Assembly: GCF_036321535.1 (NCBI RefSeq)
Contig: NC_087436.1
Coordinates: 35,714,001-35,778,000, forward strand
DNA length: 64,000 bases
Reading direction: 5' to 3'
From: Camelus dromedarius
Taxonomy: Eukaryota
Shown: in pieces, positions 13,304 through 25,800 of the stretch
Layout: the number at the start of each line of letters is the position of its first letter
How positions within the stretch are numbered: position 1 is the stretch's first letter
The notes under the pieces: generated by a model
Database searches by the model: none
What the model was told of the DNA's origin: nothing
What the model saw: only the letters and a program-made list of their open reading frames with translations
Program-made: the position numbers and the translations under genes

Positions 13304-13336
<33 letters not shown>
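13304..13336. repeat. (TG)n microsatellite, one interruption
   Basis: Directly visible. Confidence 0.95.
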
Positions 13337-13349
13337 TCCCCAAATGGAG

Positions 13350-13545
13350 CTACAGTGTACAAAAGCACAGGCTTTGGAATCACACAGACCTGGGTTAGAA
13401 TCCCAGCTTTATCACTGGCTCCTCTGGACCCTTAGAAAGATGACTTCATTTCCTTAAGCCTCAGTTTCCTTCTCGGGAAAATGGGAATAATGATAATACC
13501 TACCTCAAATAGATGTTGTAAAAATTAAATAAAATTTCGTATACT
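13350..13545 (+). mobile_element. MIR SINE
   Basis: 'ggctttggaatcacacagacctgggttagaatcccagc...aagcctcagtttccttctcgggaaaatgggaataatgataatacctacctca'. Confidence 0.85.
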
Positions 13546-13752
13546 GTAGTTATTGTCACTTGAAAAATACTAGCTACTATTACTGCTGTGTTTTTAGATT
13601 TTCACACTGCAAGCATCATCATCATTCACTTAACAGCACTCTGTTCGGTGACCTAGCCCTTCCGTACTTAAGTGGATTCCCCAGGGAAACTTGCACTTAC
13701 TTGTACAAGGAAAGCTTTACTGGAATGTCTTTGAAGCATTGTCTGTAACAGT

Positions 13753-14141
13753 TGTTAGGGGCTGAATTACATGCCCCCAAATACGTATGTTGAAGTCCTA
13801 ACTCCCAGTACCTCAGAATGTGACTATATTTGGAGATAGGGTCTTTAAAGAGGTAATTAACTTAAAATGAGGTCATTAGTGTGGGCCCTAATCCTGTATG
13901 ACTGGATTCTTATAAGAGAAAGAGATTAGGAATCAGACACGCACACAGAGGGAAGACTATGGGAGGAAACAGGAAAGAGAAGACAGCCATCTACAAGCCA
14001 AGGAGAGAAGCACAGAAGAAACCAGCCCTGCCAACACCTTCGTCTTGAACTTCTAGCCTCCACAATTGTGAGAAAATACACTTCTGTTGTTTAAGCCACC
14101 CAGTCTTTGGTGCTTTGTATGGCAGCCCTAGCAAACTAATA
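13753..14141 (+). mobile_element. MaLR solo LTR (MLT1B-like)
   Basis: 'tgttaggggctgaatt...gttgaagtcctaactcccagtacctcagaatgtgact...gccatctacaagccaaggagag...ggcagccctagcaaactaata'. Confidence 0.9.
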
Positions 14142-14369
14142 GTTGTGATTTTTATTCATAATCTGGTGTATCTTAATTGGATTAATCGTGATCCTTGGTT
14201 CATGACCCATGTTCAGCTTATATTTAATTATTTACTTATTTTTAATAATGTAATAAACATCTGTTGAATCCATCTCCCAAAACAAAAATAAGCCTAGAAA
14301 ATAACTCACATCAATCACATATTCCCCCACCAATCTTACCCATGTCTCCTAAACATCCATCAATTTGAA

Positions 14370-14655
14370 AGTGAGTAAATTACACTGTATTCATATTGTG
14401 GGATACTATACATCAGTGGAAAGTGAATGAATTAAAGCTCTCATTATTAACATGCATAAATCTCAAACACATATAACCCTTGGGGAAAGAGGGAAGATGG
14501 AGATAGGATTGGGGTGGCTATAGAAAGGGTTTCAATTGTATTTGTATTGCTCTATTTCTTAAGCAGAATGCTAGATGCCAACAAATATTGTATTACTATG
14601 TATGCTTTTCTGGACCTGATTCAGTCATAATGACAAGTTTTATAAAATAATTTTT
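14370..14655 (+). mobile_element. L1ME-like 3' fragment
   Basis: 'gtaaattacactgtattcatattgtgggatactata...atgcataaatctcaaacac...ctctatttcttaagc'. Confidence 0.55.
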
Positions 14656-15189
14656 AAAGTAGTTTTTCTGCAGCTTTAGTATCCCCGCCCTCCCCCCTTT
14701 ATTAAAGATAGGGAAGGAAGAGGCGCTGTGGCCTGGGAGGGACCCCATTGTTCATTGCCATCCTCACCACTTTGGCCCCTTCTGAACAATTTGGAGACCT
14801 CTATAGCTCTGGTATCTGTGATGTCCCTGACCTTGAATTTCACCGGGACTTTCCTGATGGATCCACAGCCAGGCTGTTCTAGAAATCATATTTCAAATTC
14901 TCCAAGTTGGTCCATAGTTTGCCATTTGCCACGGAGGGTGGCTGTAGGTAACTGTGTGAACATGAGGGTTCTCTGTAGCCACCAGGACAGACGTATGGCA
15001 AAATAAAGTGGAAACTATCATTGTTTTGAGAGTTTTAACTCATTGTAAACCAAGCCACAAAAAATAAATTCTGTCTAATTGAAAGCTTTAATGACATACT
15101 AAAAATGCTAATTTTAATATGCCAGATCAAACTAAGAAAGAACCAGTTGAGCTCTTATTTTTTAAAATAACAAAAGTACATTGTGTAGC

Positions 15190-15400
15190 AGCAAGAACTC
15201 AGAGAGACCTGAGATCAAATCCAGTCTGATGTAGACTCGTGGTTTCACTGGCAAATTACCTAAGCCATGTAAGTCTCAATATCCTTTTCTTCACATAGGA
15301 ACAATGTTCCCTACTGGCAGGGGTGTTGTAGAATTGTTCCAGGTGATACACATAAAGCACCTTGCACAGTGCTGCCACGTAGCATGTTTCCAGCAAATAT
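15190..15400 (+). mobile_element. MIR SINE
   Basis: 'agagacctgagatcaaatccagtctga...ggcaaattacctaagc...cataaagcaccttgcacagtgc'. Confidence 0.65.
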
Positions 15401-15824
15401 AAATCCATCCCTTTGCACCCGCAGACAGTTAAATTATCCAAGATAAACAAGAAATTTAAAGGAAACCAAACCGTTATTACTGCAACTATTCCTGGGATCC
15501 CCTTAAAGTCTTTGATGTCCCAGCAAAGGCAGGAAATAAATATGAAGGAGTAAGAAGGGATAGGGGTTCAAGACAAGTATACAAATCACTCTTTACCGCA
15601 GGTTTCTAATCCTTCTTAAGGTACAGGCTACCGGTGAATCTGCAGGATTGAAGCAGATTCGAGGGAGAAAGGGACATTTACAAAATGGTAAAATGCTAAA
15701 TAATGAGGAAAATAGTATAATAAAGATATTTAATCTGATAAAGGAGATGTCTCATGTGGTTTTATTAGTGTATAAAGCATAAGAAAAATGTTCTTACAGT
15801 TTTGAAGACCAGAACAAGAAGATG

Positions 15825-16015
15825 TGGTTTTAAATTAAATCAGAGAGATTTCAGTTAAACTTAAGAAAAAAAAATTCTTGACCATCAGAGTTAAAAAACA
15901 CTACGAATATTTGTGGAATTTCCATCCCTGGAGATTTTCAAATGGATAATTATTTGTCCTGGATATTTTGGAGCATTCCTTGCTAAACAAATAAATCCTT
16001 TTTATATTCTATGAT
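15825..16015 (+). mobile_element. L3/CR1 LINE 3' fragment
   Basis: 'gagatttcagttaaacttaagaaaaa...ttcttgaccatcagag...tgtggaatttccatccctggagattttcaa' resembles the CR1 3' end. Confidence 0.6.
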
Positions 16016-16099
16016 TAAAAAATATCTATCTATAGATCTGTATTGCACATGTTTATGAACAGCTATATATGATGTAATATTCTAAAATGTCACTTTGAA

Positions 16100-16500
16100 T
16101 TTTTATCAAAATTCTAATGCTAAACAATTTTGAGATCCTACTTTTTTCTTATTCAGTGTTGTGTCAAAAACATTTCCTTATGTTATTTAATATTCTCTGA
16201 AAATATAATAGCCCCTCATTATTTGGTTGTTTCAGATTTTTCTTTACTATAAACAATTGTATGATGAACGTCCTTGAACATAAACATTTTTGAAACTCTT
16301 TTTCGTCTGTTGCCCTCTAGAAAATATGTACCAATTTACACTCCAACCAGAGCTACCTACTTCACCTTCAGTTGCTCTGAGGCTAGTGTGTAAAACTTCT
16401 CTGTCCTCGTGTTTAGCAGGGAAATAGTCTCCCATTGTTGTTTTAATATGCATATTCTTTACTACCAGTGAGCCTAAAGATTTTTTTAATGAACCCATTC
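16100..16500 (-). mobile_element. L1ME-like fragment
   Basis: 'ggttgtttcagattttt...ctataaacaat...tgatgaacgtccttgaacata...accaatttacactccaaccag...gttttaatatgcatattctt' is reverse L1 3' sequence. Confidence 0.7.
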
Positions 16501-17369
16501 ACAACACCTGGTTTACCCTAAAAAAAACTTACATAAAAGCAAGCCTTCTAAAGAGTCCTCTACTTATCTGACTCTGCAGAGGCTCTTAGACAGTCATCTT
16601 AATTCAAACTAGTTGCCGGAAATCAAAATTAGACAGTAATTTATTAAGATTCAGAGCTCTTCCCACTAGGTCCATACCAGTTACTCACAACAGGTTTTTC
16701 AGTTCTCCTTAGAAATATGAAAATCCTGGAAGCAGGGGAGGGGAAAACTGGCTTCTTAAACAAACCCATTTTCACAGTGAGGCTACAAATTTTCCCTGAA
16801 ACAATGGAAAAATAATTTGATGAGAGGGTCTTAAGTCTTTGGCATCAGAAGTCCTGTATCTTACCCAACTGCAAACATAGGCAATATATATGTTCAATTA
16901 CAACACTCTTTTATTCAAAAAAGACTGGACTTAGCCTTCATAGAAGCATTGATGGCATCTCAAGGAAAACACATGCAAATTGCTAGCCCTTGCTTTATCC
17001 TCTAACAGTACTCTCTGAGAGTTCATAAAAGTGTGGTATTTTTCCTTGGTATCAGTAAATTGAAATGCTCATGACTAATTTAAAATATTTATTTACTTTT
17101 TCTTTGTTAAATAATATTTCTAAGGCAATGAGGGCACCAGCAAAAATAACCTAGATAGAACATACTTACAAATAATTTTGAAAAGTTCAAATCCTAAATG
17201 GAGTACACATTTTAATAACAGGAATCTATTATTTCTATTATCTTATAATCATTAAATTCTAGACATCAAACATGAGCTTTAATGGACAAAGTTCTGCCAT
17301 TTTTTGGCCACTCATCCTTAAATAATCATCAAGGTAAGGAGTTTCTCTCTTCTGCTCATTATAAAAACT

Positions 17370-18860
17370 ATAGGGGCTTTCAGCCACAATGGAGTAACTA
17401 GAACCAAAATAACCCTTCCTCTCTCCAAAACAATTGTAAAATTGAACAAAATAAATGTTTCCAGGAAGTGGTTAACAGGCAGTACAAGACAGTAATCCCT
17501 GAGGAAATTTCCTCACCAAGGTGAAGAGAAGGGGAGTCCAAGTTGGGCATGGTATTTTGGCTAAGCTGGGCAGGCAGAGCTCAGAGATTTGGGGCAGCTG
17601 GAATGGCTGGAATTTTCAAGACAAGGTGACTGAACAGGAGGAAGCTGTGCAGAATAAGGGCCCAAGAACTCTATACATGGGATGAGCGAGTGATCTCATT
17701 CAAGGCTCCAGATAGTAGCTGCTAAAAGCTGAGAAGAGAACAGAGATACTAGACGTTGAAAATTGATGGAGGACGTTAAAGCCCCAGACCTGCCAGATCA
17801 AGAGATCTAATTAACACCCCATTAACACCCTTGGAATTCATCTGAGACTATGGAAGTCCATGTCTTAATAAGACCTGCCATAAACCTGCTCTAATCAACC
17901 TAAAATCTAGCCCAGGCAAGATCTTTAGGGAAGACAGAGCTTAGAGATTAAGTTTCACCAAATTAGAAGAGCTTCAGATATATTTTAAGCTTTCCAAAGA
18001 TACAAATTCAAGGTAATTGACCAAAACTGAACTGACTACAAACACAAGAATTAACATTCCTTACGGGAAGATAACAGAATCCAGAGTCTTTACAACTCTG
18101 TCAATAATCATATTTAATGTATGTGACATTCTAGTTTAAAAACAAACATTGTCAGCCTAGATAAAAATGCAAAATCCAAATATACACATATTAAATATAA
18201 AGAAATAGATACCTTGGACATCAAAGTCTATTAAAAATCTTTCAAATAGTGAATTAAGAAAGCTAGAGAGGCTATATTAATATCAGATGCAGTAAACTTC
18301 AAGAAAAAGTATTATAAGAAACAAAGTAGACATTCTGTAATAATAAAGGAGGTTTGTCAAAAAGACATAACAATTCTAAATATGTATGTGCCTAGTAGCA
18401 GAACATCAAATTCATGAAGCAAAAACTGACAGACTCAAAGGGACAAACAGACCAATCCACAAAATTAGAGATTTAATAGTCCTCTTTCAGTATACTTGAT
18501 AGAACAAGTATAAGCAAAATCATGATAGATCTAGATAGTCTAAATAATACAATAAGTATAAGCAAAATCATAGTGGATCTAGATAATCTAAATAATGCAA
18601 TTGATCAAATTAATCTAATTAACATTTACTGAACACTACACCCAACAACTGCTGAATACACTTTGTTTTCCAGAGCATACAGAATGGTCACCCAGACAGA
18701 TCATATGCTGAGCCATAATACAGAATTCAATGAGTTTCAAAGGGTTTAAATCTTACAGAGATTATTTTCTGACCACAATGGAAAAGAACTAATGAGTCAT
18801 TATGTGGGTAGATAATGAAAAAACATTCAGGACAATTGTGTCTAGGGAAAAAAAAAATCA
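17370..18860 (+). mobile_element. Degenerate L1 (5' region and ORF2 endonuclease remnants)
   Basis: 'ggctatattaatatcagatgcagtaaacttcaag', 'gacataacaattctaaatatgtatgtgcctag', 'atgaagcaaaaactgacagact' and 'acacccaacaactgctgaataca'. Confidence 0.8.
18506..18601. repeat. 48-bp tandem duplication (2 copies, 43/48 identical)
   Basis: Copy 1 at 18506-18553 and copy 2 at 18554-18601, compared base by base. Confidence 0.9.
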
Positions 18861-19009
18861 TCAAGATTAGTATGAGCAATAAAAATAATTTATGAGGAAA
18901 AAAAGAAGAATGAAAAAGACTGAGAAGTCTTAGAAAGGGCAAAAAATGATAGTAAACAATCAGTAAAAAGAGAGGTTCTATGAAGGAGATACAATAGCCA
19001 TTAATTTTA

Positions 19010-19235
19010 TTCTTCTCAAAGTGGTCCTAGTAATGAGACAGCTGACAGCAGTGCAGGTCTTCAGGAACTAAGGACGAACGTCCTTCATGTGCACACGGGA
19101 GACCTGAGGCTCTTGTTAAACCACAGATTCCTATTTAATACATCTGGGCTGGGGCCTGAGAGTCTGCATTTCTCAAAAAAAAAAATCCCAAGTGATGCTT
19201 ACACTGCTAATCTGTAGACCACATTTTGTGTAGGA
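19010..19235. mobile_element. MER5A-like hAT-Charlie MITE
   Basis: 'ttctcaaagtggtcc...tctgggctggggcctgagagtctgcatttct...cccaagtgatgct...gaccacattttg'. Confidence 0.75.
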
Positions 19236-19399
19236 AGCTTTAGAAGAGACCATGTCATACAGTCTTCCCATCGCATCGTGTAAAAAAATTAAGTCACACA
19301 GGCAAAGCCAACAGTGTTTTCCCATTCCAGGGCCCTTTCATCATTAATTACAAGATGCTCTTATAGAATGCATAAGATATATTTTCAAATGTATTTGAA

Positions 19400-19975
19400 T
19401 CTTTAACAGTACAAAGAGCACCACATGCCTTTTACCCAGATTCTCCTGTTGTCAACATTTTGCCCCATTTTCTTTATCATTCTGAACCATTTGATACTAA
19501 GTTTCATACATCATGACCCTTTACTCTAGATGCTTCGGGCTGTGTTTCCTAAGAAGGACATTCTCTTACACAACCACAGTACAGTTATCTGTAATTGTAC
19601 TGTGTCTATAACTTTAGTAAATTTAACATTGATGCAATACTAGCTAATCAAACATCTGTAGTCCAAATTTGTCACTTGCTCCCAAAATGTCTTTTATAAC
19701 CTTTTTTTCCTTCAGAACTGAATCTAGTCTAAGGTCAGATGTTGTATTTAGTTGTCATGTTCCTTTAGTGTCATTTGATTTTGAAAATTCCTTTAGCCTT
19801 TCTTTGTCTTTTATGACACTGACATTTTTGAAGAATTCATTCTCTGTTTTTTTAGTAGAATGGTTCTCATTTAGAGTTGTCTGATGTTTCCTCGTGATTC
19901 AACTCAGATTATGCATTCCTGGCAGGAATTTTAGGTAAAAGATGTTATGTCCTTCTCAAGGTATCACATCCAGAA
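19400..19975 (-). mobile_element. L1MC4-like 3' UTR fragment
   Basis: 'tttacccagattctcctgttgtcaacattttgcccc...gacattctcttacacaaccacagtacagtt...tttagttgtcatgttcctttag'. Confidence 0.75.
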
Positions 19976-21899
19976 AGGATGATAATTTTTAAGTGAAAAA
20001 AAAAAAGAAAGAAAAAGAAAAAGAAAGAAAACAAACACAGTGTCTTAATAGACTAAATGGTTAACTTTAAAATATGCTCTTATTAATTTCATATGCTTTT
20101 TCTAAGTGAAGTAAAATGTTTTTATTACATAAAATTTTTGTGTGTTTAGAATAAGTACAAAAGTCAACATTTTATGTGTATATTTCCTGAGACTTCCTGG
20201 TCACTACCTTTTCTATGATCTTGCTTTACGATCAAGCATTCAATTGCTGCAGGCTATTCGATATTCTACAATAGTTGTAGGAGGGAAACTTCCAGAACCA
20301 CTTTTAGAATATTCATTAAATTACCGTCAGTGAGTTTTTTAAAAATGTCTTCTTTCAAAAATATATTTGAAATAACAACCTCCAAAATGAAAATATTTGC
20401 ATTTGTCCCACATCACTGGTTTACTTAATCATAATCATCACTGAATTAAATGAGCCATTTAGGTCTTGTGGCAACTGACACTAACATTTGTGTCTCTGAA
20501 TTGACACTAAAACTACCATTAAATACGGTATGATTTCATGAGACTTAGGCTCTGGTTCACTACGAGTCTGTATTACAGATGAATTCTAGAGGAAAAGTGC
20601 ATCCTGACAGATGGTTTCAGTTCATTGTACTTCTTCTTAAAGAACATTTGTTTCTGATTTGTCTATAAATAATGAAAGAAAACACAACTGAGGAGCCCAG
20701 TGTGATTTTCTAGAAGGTTCATTTCTGGAAGTCTGATAAGCTTATATATGCATATGTTTAAAATCATTTTAGCATAAAATGAAGAAAATTGGGGTGGAGA
20801 AATCCTACTTGTCAGGCAACTCAATGTGACTTTATCTATCGATTACTTAGTACTATTTGTCAAACATTCTGTGTCTTTAGAAATTTTAGAAAAAAATTTT
20901 AAATATGTATTAAACTTAACAATGCTTATTACAAAATGTTAGCATGTAGGTGTTACTTAGAATCATACTTTAAGATTGTATGTCCATGGACAAATAGAAA
21001 CAATAAATGTGTGTGCTAGTGATGCAGAATGAGAGGATTATGCATGTGCACATGGACCTATTAGAAGTACAGAAACACGTTTGCACACATGGGCACACTG
21101 AGCATGGGTGTGTTTGTCTTGCTAGAGAATCTATCTTTTACTATTCTTATTAGAAGGGTGTAAATCTAGCCATACTAAATCAAACAAAACAAGAAATTGT
21201 AAAAAGTCTTCAAGATAAAAGATACTTTTCGGTTGGGCAATGATCTGACCAACAGAATTTAATGTTATGTGCTCTATAAATTCTTCATAAGATAGGCCAA
21301 ATCTTTACTTATGTCAGACATAACGCTCTGCTTTGGAAGCTCAACAAGCAAATTTCCAACTAAAAAATCAGCTTGTTATATGTGTGTATTAATCATTCTG
21401 GAAGGTAATGTGAGCAACTCAAATCACAGTTTCCTTAAGTTAGTTTTGAACTGAGTTTCGAACACTGTATGAGATACTTAAGAGCATTTGATAAGAATTT
21501 AAACAATAGCTTTAAGTAGTTTTAGAGAACTATTCTTTAACATAAATTTTGATTAACACTATGCCTCCTACTGTCCAGTCTATAAAGGTAAACTTTGACA
21601 GACCACAATGACAAAATGCAAACTTCACATTAATGTTCAAAATGGAATCTAAGTATCTCTTTATCATCTTTGAGTAATATACGTAGGACTGGAAGAAGCC
21701 AAAGGAGTTATTTCTTGGTTTCTGCCTATTGTTGTAAGAAAATAAACAGAAGCTGAAAGTTCTCCTTCAGAACTATCCGGCATGCCATCTGTCCCCAGGG
21801 TGCACAAATGTATAGCTAATCCAAATGTATGATCCCCCAGGTGAAATCCTGGATGAGCATGGCATATTTCACTATTCGTCTGATAAGCAATTACTTTTT

Positions 21900-22195
21900 T
21901 GTCAAAGGGTACAAACTTCCAGTTACAAGATGAATCAGTTCTGGGGATGTCAGGCACAGCACGGGGACTGCAGTTAACAATACTGTGTCACATACTTGAA
22001 AATTGCTAAGGTAGGAACTCTTAAATGTTCTCACCACACACACACAATTGTACTTATGGGAGGAGATGGCTGTGTTAACCAATCTTATTGTGTGAACCAT
22101 TTTGCAACATGTATGTGTATCAAATCATCCATGAAAACCTTAAACTTACACAGTGGTTAAGTTAATGATTCCTCAGTAAAGCTGGGGAAATAATT
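21900..22195 (+). mobile_element. 5'-truncated L1MA9-like 3' end
   Basis: 'gtcaaagggtacaaacttccagttacaagatgaat...cttaaatgttctcaccacacac...ctcagtaaagctgggg'. Flanking repeat 'aattacttt' at 21889-21897 and 22203-22211. Confidence 0.88.
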
Positions 22196-22634
22196 TTTAA
22201 AGAATTACTTTACAATGGTCATTAGATTAATCTCCTTTCTTAAAGATTTCTCAAATACCATTTCTAAAGCCAAATGAGGGGAATCTGTTCAAAACTGAGA
22301 GAAAGGAGAAATCTGACAACTCACAGGCTCAGCATTGCTGTCATCGATGGAGAAACGAGACGAATGCATCCTTTGCCATAGGTGTTTTCTTTAGGTCTTG
22401 AACATTTTTGCCAGAAAATTGCTGAGATCCAAATGTCACACAAGTGAGTAAGAAAGAGGATTTCCTTCTGAACACAATTGACAGAACAGGTGCCGGGTAA
22501 AAGGGAATTTATCCAGCCCCCAAGGAAGGACGCACTTCACGTTTGTCAAAGCTTACTCATACTTTTCCTCGAACGCAAAGAAGTTGCTTGTCCCGTAACA
22601 CAGAAAATGCCAGCATTCGGAGAATGGCAAAGTT

Positions 22635-22870
22635 GTTTGGAATGTGGACTTGGTTGCCAGCCATCAAGTTTAAATTCTAAATTTGCTGCTCATTTGCTGT
22701 GTATTCTTGGCAGCTTAACTTTTGGCGCCTCAGTTTCCTTACCTGTACGATGAGAATCACGATACTTATCTCTAGAGTCATTATGAGGATTAAATGAACT
22801 AGTGTCTGTGAAGTACTTAGAACACTTCCTGGAACAAATAAGTACTCAGAAATGTCTGTTATTATTATCT
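22635..22870 (+). mobile_element. MIR SINE
   Basis: 'gcctcagtttccttacctgta...attatgaggattaaatgaactag...aagtacttagaacacttcctggaaca'. Confidence 0.85.
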
Positions 22871-23529
22871 TTCTTCCTAGAGCAACACAACGTAAGGGAA
22901 CACATTTGCCAAAGATCTGTTTCACCAAAGATTGGCTATTTGATTTCCTGGAGTTAGTCTGATCCAGGAAAGTCTATTCAGCCAGATTTACTTTTACGAA
23001 GAACTTATTTGTTACTGTTGTTGTTGTTGTTGTTGTTATAATCACCGTTTAGCCTAATAGCATCTTAAAGGCAAAGCACACAACTCTAAAACAATGTTGG
23101 ATTTATTTAGCACACATCTCCATTTTAATCTCAGTTTCCACATTGCTTTATGTTATCAGGCCTCAAACAATTACTATGTATTGAATCAGCCCTTAACACT
23201 TTGCAAGGCACAATAAGGAGACATTTCAGAGGCTTCCAGTCTTGTTAAGGAGACTAGACTTAATGACCTGAAATGATTAAGGAATTCAATACTGTCCTTG
23301 GCCATATCTTCTTCGCTTCAACTTCCTCAACCATACCAAGTACAAAGTCTAGATTTTCATAGCTTTTTGCTTCCTCTATTTTTCTCATAGAACTTTTCTG
23401 CCTTGATGGTAAGCAAGTTCAAGTTCACTCACCCTTACTAGACCCTTGCTGCTGCTCAATCGTATTTTTCTTCACCTCTTGAGTCCTTTTCACATGTCCT
23501 AAAACTGCTCCAATAACGGGGTCTATGGA

Positions 23530-23715
23530 AGGGAATATAGGTTTTGCAATTAAAAGGCTTGTATTTTAACAGGAACTTATAAGTAAGTGAATTGCTATTT
23601 AAGCCTCAATTTCCTTATCAGCAAAATGGGAATAATAACTAATTTACAGTGCTACTGTGGAGTTTAAAAGAAACTGTGTGTAAGTGTCTATACAGTACCT
23701 CAGTCACAGAAGACA
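23530..23715 (+). mobile_element. MIR SINE fragment
   Basis: 'ttaagcctcaatttccttatcagcaaaatgggaataata...aagtgtctatacagtacct'. Confidence 0.7.
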
Positions 23716-24420
23716 GTGGCTTTCCTCAGGCCCTGCCATCTCTCCTGCTAAAAGTCATCTTGGATGCCACTTTACTGAGGAAATGGAAACCACCTTGCAT
23801 GAGTGGTCTCTTCCTTTGATTAAAACTTTCAAAACTATGCCTCTCCATTCCTCCCTTCTCCTTTTCCTCCTGCCTCGGAGGAAGGTGTATCTCTCCTATC
23901 CAGAGCTAACTGCTCCACTCCTTCCCTAATTTATTTGGCGGGCATTATTGTCTCCTTATTTTGTGCCAGGAACATCCAAGATACTAGTGATCCAGAGATA
24001 AAACACCTAGGCACTGCCCTGCGGAGTTAGCTGGGGAGAGATGAACAAGCAAACATCATCACAACACAGTGAGGTCTGAAAGGAACAGGAACTTAAGAGA
24101 ACAAGAGCAGCAACAAAAACCAACCAAACAAACCAGTCAGCAATGCAGTATGATTTTCTACCCTCCCATCTTATCACACCAAAAGACAAAACCACCAGAA
24201 GTGAAACTTTTGCTTTCTGGGGTCCATGCACTTGGATTCTGTTTGTTGTTTATGAATATATTAAATTTGCAGTGTCACAAGGCACTGGGAACCAGCACCT
24301 GAGGGCACAGGTGAACCCCTTAGCCTTTCCAAGCTTGGACAACCCACTCCAGCCACCACTAAACATTCCACTCTGATTTATTCAGCAGTGACACCCATCC
24401 CTACCTGCACCCCTGTACCC

Positions 24421-24421
<1 letters not shown>

Positions 24422-24455
<34 letters not shown>
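24422..24455. repeat. (AC)17 microsatellite
   Basis: Directly visible. Confidence 0.97.
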
Positions 24456-24458
<3 letters not shown>

Positions 24459-24899
24459 CCTGCAGGGACAAACTTCAATAGTCACCTCAAACTTCACATG
24501 CAGTCAGTTAGTCACACATATGAAACAGTCTTTCATTCACACCTGCTTTCTCAACTCCATGCCGCTTTCTCTGACATCTCCAGTCCTTCATGTCTCCTGG
24601 CTTTCGATTGTCTGACTTCAAACAGCAACATGCCTGTCCCCTCGATGTCCTTCACGTGAGTGGGGTACCCTGTCCACCCCCACCTTACCACCAAAGTTCT
24701 TGAGTTTTCATGACTGCTGCCCCTGCTTTCGCTCCTAAGTCATTCATAACATGGCTGTGGCCTCGTACTTTCAAAAGCCAGCTATGGTCTTCCCCGTTTA
24801 CAAACGCAGTGCTCTGTTCTCCGGCTTCCTTTTCTCTGCAGTGAACCTCTCTGGGGATTTTGTTTGTTTGTTTTTGCCTGTTCCTCCTCCTTTCTGCCA

Positions 24900-25800
24900 T
24901 TGTCTCCTTTGTTCCTTAATAGGACTAGGCTCACCTGGGTCCCACCTACCTCTAATCTCTTTTTTTACTTTCTCCTTTTCTCTGCCATCTCAGAAAATGA
25001 GTACTTCCCAAAATCTAGTCCTTGTTGAGTGCTTCAACTAGCAGTCGATATGACTCTGAAATCTGCATTTCTAAGCCAGGGTTCTCTCTGGAACCTGAAT
25101 CCCGCATCCCAAACCACCTATGTGACATTTCCAATGACATAAATTGCAGTCATTTCAAACATCACTACATACACACAAAACTCCGGATTCTTCTGGCTGC
25201 TCTGTTTCTCCTACTCATCAAACTTAGAGTCATTTTTTAATCTGTTCCCTCATAACCATTTAATTTCCAAATCCTATAAATACTTCCTTGTCATTGTCTC
25301 TCACATCTGTCTCCACTTTTCTCTTCTCCTTGCCTTCACCCAATCAAGCTCCTTACTCACACCTGGATCACAACAACCGTCTCCTAACCAGTTTCTCTGC
25401 CTCCAATAGTCCATCCCCACCTAGTCCGTCCTGTACAAAGACCTGTAAATGAGTCTTTCCACATGATGAGATCACTGCCCTGCCCAGACATCTTCCACGG
25501 CTTCCCCAAACCTAGAGGACAAGTATCTATAAGCTGATAATCAAGGCCAACCTAACCTACTTTTCAGAGTCACCTCCCACAAGTCTACTAGCCGTGCTCC
25601 AAAACACTCTTGTGTCTTCGGTCACTGTTCCCTAAGAGAAGACATGTGGTCCCTTGCCACTTCTCTTCTAGCCAAATACTCCTCATTTCTTCAAGGCTTG
25701 TTTCAAGTCCACCTCCTCCTGATTCCAGGATCGTTTCCACTTCCAGCCATCTCTGAAGCATTCACCACCCTAGCTCCCTCCGCTTCCCTTTTAGCTAGTG
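24900..25800 (+). mobile_element. Degenerate L2 LINE body fragments
   Basis: C/T-rich strand with L2 motifs 'tgactctgaaatctgcatttctaagcc', 'cacctggatcacaacaaccgtctcctaaccagtttctctgcctcc' and 'actcctcatttcttcaagg'. Confidence 0.65.

Noticed and set aside
12786..13457. Longest ORF (223 aa, +)
   Set aside because: It has a non-ATG start, crosses the GC-rich island, a (TG)n repeat (VCVCVC) and a MIR. Overlapping ORFs in several frames reflect stop-codon scarcity.
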